Part shown: positions 1-6,086 of the stretch, one piece after another | How positions within the stretch are numbered: the stretch's first letter is position 1 | Layout of the letters: the number at the start of each line of letters is the position of its first letter | Assembly: GCA_963825055.1 (NCBI GenBank) | Contig: CAWGSK010000016.1 | Span: 1-11,192, forward strand | Source of the DNA: an uncultured Gemmatimonadales bacterium | GTDB lineage: Bacteria > Gemmatimonadota > Gemmatimonadetes > Gemmatimonadales > GWC2-71-9 | Length of the DNA stretch: 11,192 nt | Direction of reading: 5' to 3' | The notes under the pieces: model-generated | Told to the model about the DNA's origin: nothing | Database searches by the model: none | The model's input: only the letters and a program-made list of their open reading frames with translations | Program-made: the position numbers and the translations under genes

Positions 1-12
1 TTGCGTGTGTGT

Positions 13-71
13 TGGCAAGTGGCAAGTGGCAAGTGGCAAGTGGCAAGTGGCAAGTGGCAAGTGGCAAGTGG
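13..71 (+). repeat. Perfect heptamer tandem repeat (TGGCAAG)x8 + TGG
   Basis: Counted directly: units start at 13, 20, 27, 34, 41, 48, 55 and 62. Followed by degenerate units GGCAGTC/GGCAAGTC/GGCAGTC at 74-95. Confidence 0.97.
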
Positions 72-112
72 AGGGCAGTCGGCAAGTCGGCAGTCGGGAT
101 CGCTACATTCTG

Positions 113-172
113 GTCCGCCCGTCCGCCCGTCCGCCCGTCCGCCCGTCCGCCCGTCCGCCCGTCCGCCCGTCC
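113..172 (+). repeat. Perfect octamer tandem repeat (GTCCGCCC)x7 + GTCC
   Basis: Counted directly: units start at 113, 121, 129, 137, 145, 153 and 161. The array ends immediately before TATCTT at 173. Confidence 0.97.
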
Positions 173-185
173 TATCTTTCTCCCA
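173..185 (+). promoter_or_regulatory. Putative -10 element (TATCTT) of a leaderless promoter
   Basis: TAnnnT hexamer at 173-178, then 6 nt, then the ATG at 185. The upstream sequence is pyrimidine-rich with no Shine-Dalgarno. Confidence 0.55.
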
Positions 186-1807
186 TGTCGCTCCCCCGGC
201 CCATCCCAGCGGTCCTGTTCCTCATCGCGATCGGACCCGGCGTCGTGCTGGCGCAGGTGCCCGGACGGGACAGTATCCTCATCTCCGGGCGGCATCCCTG
301 GGCACGGTGGACGGACATTTCCAGGCGGGTGGATGACGTACGGTCCCTGTATGCCGAGAGCGCCGGCACGCTATGGCTACGCGATGGCACGCTTGCCGGC
401 GCGGGCCGGCAGGCGCTCCAGCTGCTCCGCGACGCGCCGAGTCATGGCCTCGATCCCGCTGACTACGATGTGACCCGGCTCGACAGCCTGTTCCGCACTT
501 CCCTGAACGACCCTGACGACCAGGCCCGTGCGGACCTGCTCCTGACCATCGATCTGCTGCGCTACCTCTCGGACCTCCACGATGGCCGGCTGCATCCGCG
601 CCGGATCGCGCCGGCCGGTTACGGGACCCTCCCCTGGGACCTGCCGGCGACCGTCCGGCAGGCCATCGCCGGAGACTCGGTGGGCCGGCTCGATCGCGTG
701 GCGGCGCCCGGGTTTGCCCAGTATCGCCTGCTCCGGGACGCCCTCGCCCGTTATCGGCAACTGGCACGTGACAGTCTCGTCCCGCTCCTCCCGCTCACCG
801 CCACGCTCCGGCCCGGCGACGCCTACGGTCACGACGCGATCCTGCGCTACATCCTGTACGTCCTGGGCGATCTCGGCCCCTGGGCCGTGACCCCAGCCGG
901 CCGATACGACCAGGACCTCGCCGCGGCCGTCATGCAGTTCCAGGGCCGGCACGGTCTCGAACCTGACGGAGTGCTCGGCCCGGCGACGCAACGCGAGTTG
1001 CGCGTGCCGATGGATCACCGGGTTCGCCAGATCGAGTATTCCATGGAGCGGCTGCGCTGGCTGCCGCCGCTGCATGGACAGCGGCTCCTCGTGGTGGACA
1101 TCCCGGCATTCCGGCTCTTCGCCTTCGATTCGACTGGTGGAAGCGGGAGGCCATCGCTGGAAATGCGGGTCATCGTGGGGAAGGCGCTCGACACGCGGAC
1201 GCCGATGATGTTCGAGAACCTGCGCTATGTGGAGTTCCGGCCGTACTGGAATGTGCCGCGGAGCATCCTGACGAAGGAGATCCTCCCGGCGCTCCGGCGC
1301 CGGCCCGACTACCTCCAGGCCAATGATATGGAGATCGTCGGGCCGCGTGACCAGGTCCTGGGCGACGCACCCGCCACGGAGTTGATGGGGGGATTGGCCG
1401 CCGGCACCTACCGCGTGCGCCAGCGCCCCGGCCCCGCGAATGCCCTCGGCCTGGTCAAGTTCGTCTTCCCGAACGCCGAGAGCGTGTACCTGCACGGCAC
1501 GCCCTTCAATTCGCTCTTCAGCCAGGCCCGTCGCGACCTGAGCCACGGGTGCATCCGGCTGGAGGATCCCGCACTGCTGGCGGGATGGGTGCTTCGGGAT
1601 ACGCCAGGCTGGCCGCGCGAGCGGATCTTGTCGGCCATCGGCGATATTGCCACGAGCCGCGCCATGCTGGCGCGTCCCATGCCGGTCATCATTTTCTACA
1701 CCACGGTCGTCGCGCATCCCGATGGCCCCGTATTCTTCTACCCCGACATTTACGGCCACGACGAGGAGATGGCGGAGGCCACGCGGGCCGGCCCGACCCT
1801 GCCCTGA
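185..1807 (+). CDS. L,D-transpeptidase, YcbB/LdtD-like (signal peptide, scaffold, peptidoglycan-binding and YkuD catalytic domains), 540 aa
   Basis: Signal-peptide-like MSLPRPIPAVLFLIAIGPGVVLAQ; scaffold motif HGLDPADY; PG-binding motif YDQDLAAAVMQFQGRHGLEPDGVLGPAT; VIVGK..TRTP, PYWNVPRSI and RQRPGPANALGLVKFVFPN; catalytic YLHGTP...RRDLSHGCIRL. Start set at ATG 185 rather than the ORF-track start at 5. Confidence 0.93.
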   Translation: MSLPRPIPAVLFLIAIGPGVVLAQVPGRDSILISGRHPWARWTDISRRVDDVRSLYAESAGTLWLRDGTLAGAGRQALQLLRDAPSHGLDPADYDVTRLDSLFRTSLNDPDDQARADLLLTIDLLRYLSDLHDGRLHPRRIAPAGYGTLPWDLPATVRQAIAGDSVGRLDRVAAPGFAQYRLLRDALARYRQLARDSLVPLLPLTATLRPGDAYGHDAILRYILYVLGDLGPWAVTPAGRYDQDLAAAVMQFQGRHGLEPDGVLGPATQRELRVPMDHRVRQIEYSMERLRWLPPLHGQRLLVVDIPAFRLFAFDSTGGSGRPSLEMRVIVGKALDTRTPMMFENLRYVEFRPYWNVPRSILTKEILPALRRRPDYLQANDMEIVGPRDQVLGDAPATELMGGLAAGTYRVRQRPGPANALGLVKFVFPNAESVYLHGTPFNSLFSQARRDLSHGCIRLEDPALLAGWVLRDTPGWPRERILSAIGDIATSRAMLARPMPVIIFYTTVVAHPDGPVFFYPDIYGHDEEMAEATRAGPTLP

Positions 1808-1832
1808 CCGCCCGTCCGTCTGCCTGACCGTC
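1803..1832 (+). repeat. Degenerate copy of the CCGCCCGTCCG repeat family between convergent genes
   Basis: CCGCCCGTCCG at 1808-1818 matches the 113-172 array exactly. CCTGACCG occurs at 1803-1810 and 1823-1830. Confidence 0.6.
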
Positions 1833-2128
1833 TATCGCTTCAGCCTCAGCGCCGTCACCTGTCGTGTGACTGGATCCACGACACGCTCGACCTTCCCCAT
1901 CTTCTCCAGTTGCAGCGCCGTGTGCCGCATCAGGAACCGCGTAACCGGCCACGCGCGGGGTATCTCCGCCAGCGGCGCCTCTCCGGCGTCTTCCAGCCAG
2001 GTCTCGATGTTCCGGCGGGCCACCGCCAGCAGGTCAGGCTGGCGGGGCCCGTCCCTGCCCGCGAGCGGGGACGCCTCGATCGTATAGTGAAATCCGCCGG
2101 ACGCACGGGGGGAAACAGATGCCGACAT
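1832..2128 (-). CDS. Hypothetical 98-aa protein with a possible winged helix-turn-helix (MarR-like) C-terminus
   Basis: Strong RBS on the minus strand (GAAGGAGacattcaaATG); starts 18 nt after the upstream stop. PLAEIPRAWPVTRFLMRHTALQLEKMGKVERVVDPVTRQVTALRL resembles the MarR pattern LExxGxVxRxxDPxDxR. Confidence 0.72.
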   Translation of the reverse strand: MSASVSPRASGGFHYTIEASPLAGRDGPRQPDLLAVARRNIETWLEDAGEAPLAEIPRAWPVTRFLMRHTALQLEKMGKVERVVDPVTRQVTALRLKR

Positions 2129-2146
2129 TTGAATGTCTCCTTCAGG

Positions 2147-2806
2147 TCAGATCAGTGGGGTGACAAGCGCGGTGACGATCAGCGCGCCGGCCCAGACCAG
2201 GTCGATGTTGAACCACATGGTGCGTAGTATCCGCAGCCCGAGTTTGCGGTATACCACAGCCGCCACCGCACCGAGCACCAGCAGGTACCCCGCCGTATGA
2301 AGTCCCGTCGCGAGGAGGCCAGTCGCGCGGGTCGGGTCCAGTCCCGCCAGCATTACGTGGCCGCCATGTCCCCCGTGGCTAGCGTGGGGGGCCGGTGACT
2401 GCAATCCAAGAACGAAGGGCAGGGCCATGAGTCCCGCCCCATGGGCTGTCGCCATCAGGAACGACCAGACCGCGAGGTTCCAGGAACTCACCTGCATGCC
2501 GCCGTAGCGCGGATGACGATGGCGTACCAGGTGCAGCACGCCGAGCGTCAGGAGAAGCGCCGCCACGATCCACTTGAGCCATGAGGGCGGCGTGACGAGG
2601 CCGACGAGGGCCGCCACCGCCACCACGGCGCCGACAGCCGCGGCGTGACCCAGCGCGAGGGGCAGCAGCGCCCGCCAGACAGCTCGGGCCCGCTGCTCCT
2701 GCAGACCGAGGGCGACCGCGAACAGCCACCCCATGCCCGGGTTCACGCCATGGACCGCCCCGAGCAGGAACAGGGCGGCCCAGGGCCAGAGCGTCATGTC
2801 GCTCAT
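2147..2806 (-). CDS. His-rich polytopic membrane protein (about 6 TM) associated with SBP56; possible metal transporter or chaperone
   Basis: Several hydrophobic segments with embedded His (LGAVHGVNP, LALGHAAAV, MATAHGAG, TGLHTAG) and His-rich loops (RHRHPR, HASHGGHGGH). ATGA overlap with the SBP56 stop at 2803-2806. Alternative start at 2797. Confidence 0.85.
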   Translation of the reverse strand: MSDMTLWPWAALFLLGAVHGVNPGMGWLFAVALGLQEQRARAVWRALLPLALGHAAAVGAVVAVAALVGLVTPPSWLKWIVAALLLTLGVLHLVRHRHPRYGGMQVSSWNLAVWSFLMATAHGAGLMALPFVLGLQSPAPHASHGGHGGHVMLAGLDPTRATGLLATGLHTAGYLLVLGAVAAVVYRKLGLRILRTMWFNIDLVWAGALIVTALVTPLI

Positions 2807-4209
2807 GAGTAGCAGAAGGAGTCGGACGAGGCATCCCCACCCTGGAGCCGCACCTGGTGGCTTCGCATGCCCGCGTCGAACTCGACGAAGAAGTTCTTGT
2901 CAAAGGCGACCCCGCCGCCCGGCTGCACATCGAGCTTCACCATCCAGCTCTTGATCCCGTCGGGATAGAACTGGTCATCCCAGGGCGAGTAGAGCGAGTT
3001 GGTGAAGTAGACCCGCTTAGCGTCCCGGCTGATCTCGACCATCTGCGGACCGCCGTTGAGCGGCTGATCGGGCCGGGCGGGATGTGCGGCACGGCCCACC
3101 ACGCCGCCGATCCGCACCGAACCCGTCTGGACGGGGTTGAAGGGATCGGAGACATCGTACTGCAGGAGTTCGCCGGTCCCCCAGCAGGAGACGTACAGAA
3201 ACCGGTCGTCCAGCGACAGGTTGAGGTCCGAGACCAGCGGCGGCACGGCCTTGAAGCCCTGCAGCATCGGCGGCAGGTCGGCCGGGTCCGCCGGCTCGGC
3301 GGGAATGTCGATGACTTTCTTGATCTTCCACTTCCCGTTGCCGTTTTTCCCCTCGAGATACCAGAGCCAGATGGAAGCCGAGAGGTCCTCCAGCGACGTT
3401 ACCACGCCCACGAATCCATACGCCCGGTTCGGGCTGTGGGCCGGCCGGAGTTCCAGGGGCATCTGGTACTGGGGACCCAGGTCCAGCACTTCCTTGTGCT
3501 TGCGGGTCTTCAGGTCCCACACATGCAGGGCGTGGCCGTATTTGCCGCCCAGCAGCAGCTCGGGGTTGAGGCCCTCCGTCACCATGTTCGGCGTGCCCCA
3601 CTCGCTGGTGATCATCGTGTCCTGGCCGAGATGCCACCAGAAGTCGTAGGAGAGATACTGGGGACCGCGGTCCGCCTCCCACCGACCCTTCACCTCGAAG
3701 GTCTGGTGGTCGAGCATGAAGATCCCGCCGGGGCCCTCGCCGTCCGGTGCGCCCAGGGCGTTGACGTAGATGCCGTCGGGACCGCAGTGGGTGGTGTGCG
3801 GGGCGGAGTAGCCGGTCTTCCTGGCGATGGTCTCGCCCTCGATGACCTTCACGATCTCGGGCTGCCGGGGATTCTTCTTGGTGTCCAGGATGTGGATTCT
3901 GGAGGAGTGGATCCCGGGCACCACGAGGTACCGCCGCTCGGCGTGCGCGTGCGGCGCATAGGGGCAGAGATGGGAGCTGCACGCGTTCCAGCCGAAGTGA
4001 TGCAGCTCATCGCCCACGTTGGGCATGTCCACCTGGCCCACCAGCTGGCCGTAGGTGGGCGACCCCGGCTTCACGTCCACGACGCCCATGGCGTCGGGCC
4101 GTTCCTTGGCGGGGTTGAGCAGGGCCACGTAGGCCAGGTCCTCCGCCGGCGCTTCCATCGCGTGCCGCGGGGAGGGGTAGAACGTCGGGTCCGGCCGCCA
4201 CTTTGCCAT
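2803..4209 (-). CDS. Selenium-binding protein SBP56/SELENBP1 family (methanethiol oxidase-like), 468 aa, no signal peptide
   Basis: Family motifs DPTFYPSP, GDELHHFGWNACSS, PHTTHC, YDFWWH, ITSEWGTP, MPLELRPAH, SLDDRFLYVSCWGTG, GGPQMVEISRD, SLYSPWDDQFYP and GGDASSD. Start at ATG 4209 is preceded by a GGAGAG RBS and preferred over 4278. Confidence 0.95.
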   Translation of the reverse strand: MAKWRPDPTFYPSPRHAMEAPAEDLAYVALLNPAKERPDAMGVVDVKPGSPTYGQLVGQVDMPNVGDELHHFGWNACSSHLCPYAPHAHAERRYLVVPGIHSSRIHILDTKKNPRQPEIVKVIEGETIARKTGYSAPHTTHCGPDGIYVNALGAPDGEGPGGIFMLDHQTFEVKGRWEADRGPQYLSYDFWWHLGQDTMITSEWGTPNMVTEGLNPELLLGGKYGHALHVWDLKTRKHKEVLDLGPQYQMPLELRPAHSPNRAYGFVGVVTSLEDLSASIWLWYLEGKNGNGKWKIKKVIDIPAEPADPADLPPMLQGFKAVPPLVSDLNLSLDDRFLYVSCWGTGELLQYDVSDPFNPVQTGSVRIGGVVGRAAHPARPDQPLNGGPQMVEISRDAKRVYFTNSLYSPWDDQFYPDGIKSWMVKLDVQPGGGVAFDKNFFVEFDAGMRSHQVRLQGGDASSDSFCYS

Positions 4210-4388
4210 GGTCTGTCTCTCCAGCTTGGGTACCTGTTGTCCGCCGGGGGAGCCCCGGGGTGGGGCCTCCTGCCCCATCCACCTGAGAGAGGCGCAGGAA
4301 GTCGTGGAATCGGCTCATCGGCATGCTGGTGGCCCGGCTCGGCGGCGGGTGATATAGGATCAACCCGTTGCCCCGGCAGGACTTCCCC

Positions 4389-4945
4389 ATGGACCCGGAC
4401 ATCACCACCGCGCTCGAGCAACTGAGCAAGGGCGACCAGGCCGCGATGACACACCTGCTCCCACAGGTGTATGCGCAGCTCCGGGCCATAGCACGACGCG
4501 AGATGGCCCGGGAGCGGCCCGACCACACCCTGACCCCGACCGCCCTGGTGCACGAGGCCTACCTGAAGCTGGTTCAGCTGGACCGGAGCGACTTGGCGGG
4601 GCCGGGCCCATTTCTTCGGGGGCCTGCGCCCAGTCCACGCGCCCGGCTGCTGATCAGCCACGCCCGCCGCCGGAATGCCGGGAAGCGGCGCGGGGCCGCC
4701 CGGGACATCACAATCGACAACGCCGTGGTGGCGATGGAACCCGGCCCGCCGAACTGATCGCGCTCGACGAAGCGCTGACGCGACTCGAGGCGCTGAGTGA
4801 GTGCCAGGCGCGCATCGTGGAGTGCCGGTTTTTTGTGGGGATGGGGATCGAGGAAACTGCAGAAGCGCTTGGCATTTCCCCCGCGACGGTCAAGCGGGAG
4901 TGGACCTCGGCGCGGGCCTGGCTCAACCGGGAGCTGCGGACATGA
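4389..4945 (+). pseudogene. ECF sigma-70 factor, TIGR02999-like (Ser/Thr-kinase-associated type), frameshifted
   Basis: AGGA RBS and ATG at 4389. Stitching frames gives MDPDITTALEQLSKGDQAAMTHLLPQVYAQLRAIARREMARERPDHTLTPTALVHEAYLKLVQLDR / ATWRGRAHFFG / ACAQSTR / RLLISHARRRNAGKRRGAARDITIDNAVVAME / RPAELIALDEALTRLEALSECQARIVECRFFVGMGIEETAEALGISPATVKREWTSARAWLNRELRT* (about 184 aa). Extra bases near 4587, 4618-4622 and 4642-4644; one missing base near 4740. Confidence 0.88.
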
Positions 4946-5074
4946 GCGAAACCTCGCCGGAGGCGAGACGCTGGGCGCGTGCGCAGGAGCTGTTCCATGC
5001 GGCGCTTCGCACGGCTGGAAACCGCGTCCCGGGCTTCACCCGAGAGGGGCATCTCCGCGGGAACGGATTTCTAA
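4942..5074 (+). pseudogene. N-terminal remnant of a probable ECF-coupled Ser/Thr protein kinase
   Basis: The ATG overlaps the sigma TGA (ATGA 4942-4945). MSETSPEARRWARAQELFHAAL matches the typical RW....ELF..AL start of these kinases. A +1 shift near 5008 continues ARLETASRASPERGISAGTDF* (TAA 5072-5074). No kinase-domain motifs follow. Confidence 0.62.
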
Positions 5075-5928
5075 GGCACCCACCAGAAGCCTGCCATCGC
5101 CTGGACGATCGACTGGTGTTCGACCGCCACATTACGGACCGGGCCGTACATCGCCGACACCGTCAGGCCGGTGCCGTGGCCCCGTGCGTCGCGCGACATG
5201 CCATAGGAGAAGAACACGCCGCCCGCGTAGAACGAGGGATCGATGCTGATCGATGCCGCCGATCCCTGGGCCATCCGGGCGACCAGGCCGAGGTCCATCA
5301 CGTTGCCATTCGGGCGATTCCAGCGGAGGACACTCACCCGTGGCTCCACGAAGAACAGGAGCAGGCTTTCCCTGGTGCGGAAATGCCTTCCCGCGCCAAG
5401 GCAGAGGCTGAATCTGCGTCCGTCACTGAACAGCAGGCACGCGTCCACCAGCGCACCCGCCTCCGGGGAATCGGGGGTTGACCCGATCCCATAGCCACCG
5501 TGGTAGCCGACATCGAATGCGAGCCCGACTCCAATCTTCGGTGTGCGGGCCCGGTCGTGCTTCCGGTCGGTTTCAAGCGAATCGGCATACAGCCGGACGC
5601 GGGTGCGGACGCCGGAGCCGCCAGTCAGGGTCACGCGATACGTCCCATCCCGATAAAGCGCAATTTCGTAGAGACCGGTGGCGCCCCCGCCGTTGAGTTC
5701 GATGAGGTCGGGCACTGGAATCCCTGCCTCCGTGGGCTGGAGGGAAGGCGTCGCGGCGGATCCCGAGACCACGATGCGGTAGATATTCCCCCTGGACAGC
5801 TGGACGGCAGGCAACACGTCCTGGCCGGCGACCACGACGGTATCCATGAGGACAATGTCCCCATCGACCTGGCCACGGAGGGGTGAGGCAAGGATCACGA
5901 GCAGGGTCGTACACAGGAGAGTGCGCAT
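5071..5928 (-). CDS. Hypothetical secreted protein, probably an outer-membrane beta-barrel with an N-terminal beta-rich domain, 285 aa
   Basis: Signal-peptide-like MRTLLCTTLLVILASPLRGQ; GGGGAA RBS. The C-terminal half has about 8 amphipathic strand-like segments (IGVGLAFDVGY, ALVDACLLF, FSLCLGAG, FFVEPRVSV, MDLGLVARM, AGGVFFSY, TGLTVSAMY, QAMAGFWWVP) and an aromatic end. Confidence 0.75.
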   Translation of the reverse strand: MRTLLCTTLLVILASPLRGQVDGDIVLMDTVVVAGQDVLPAVQLSRGNIYRIVVSGSAATPSLQPTEAGIPVPDLIELNGGGATGLYEIALYRDGTYRVTLTGGSGVRTRVRLYADSLETDRKHDRARTPKIGVGLAFDVGYHGGYGIGSTPDSPEAGALVDACLLFSDGRRFSLCLGAGRHFRTRESLLLFFVEPRVSVLRWNRPNGNVMDLGLVARMAQGSAASISIDPSFYAGGVFFSYGMSRDARGHGTGLTVSAMYGPVRNVAVEHQSIVQAMAGFWWVP

Positions 5929-5973
5929 TCAGTTCCCCGGGAGACAAGAGGGCTGACGGACGGGCCAGGGGGG

Positions 5974-6001
5974 AGTGTACCGGGGAAGGCCACGGCCGCA
6001 A
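5974..6001 (-). promoter_or_regulatory. Putative sigma-70 promoter TTGCGG-N16-TACACT for the 285-aa gene
   Basis: Minus strand: -35 at 6001-5996, -10 at 5979-5974, 16-nt spacer, 45 nt upstream of the ATG at 5928. Confidence 0.45.
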
Positions 6002-6086
6002 GGTCATGGTGCGGCGAGGCTGCGAGTTTGGGAGAGGTACAACGTCCTGAACTGCGGCTGATCAGCGGAGTCGGCCCGCGCGATGT

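Noticed and set aside
13..172. Possible CRISPR array, or sigma-54 sites (TGGCA) in the heptamer array
   Set aside because: Units are 7-8 nt with no unique spacers. TGGCA lacks a correctly spaced TTGC -12 element.
5..184. 60-aa N-terminal extension of the transpeptidase (GKWQVAS and PSARPPVR repeats), and ORFs 1..336 and 9..473
   Set aside because: These are translations of stop-free DNA repeats. The signal peptide begins at ATG 185, and an extension would bury it.
2803..2806. Selenocysteine read-through of the SBP56 TGA
   Set aside because: The TGA falls at the normal family C-terminus and is part of an ATGA coupling overlap. SBP56 proteins are not Sec-encoded.
4210..4278. Longer SBP56 start at 4278
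   Set aside because: The extra 23 aa are low-complexity. ATG 4209 has a good RBS and family similarity starts just after it.
4281..4290. CTCTCAGG in the SBP56 leader, reminiscent of a glycine riboswitch
   Set aside because: The upstream GGAGA and CCGAAG elements of the aptamer are missing.
2857..4425. 522-aa plus-strand ORF (likewise 377..1759 minus and 3017..3982 minus)
   Set aside because: Antisense or alternate-frame shadows of well-supported genes, with no independent motifs.
4735..4760. Programmed ribosomal frameshift restoring the full sigma factor
   Set aside because: No canonical slippery heptamer, and three other indels already corrupt region 2. Decay or sequence error is simpler.
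4801..5481. 226-aa plus-strand ORF as an intact gene
   Set aside because: Only about 22 codons from 4942 look protein-like. The rest is off-frame sigma sequence or antisense to the 285-aa gene.
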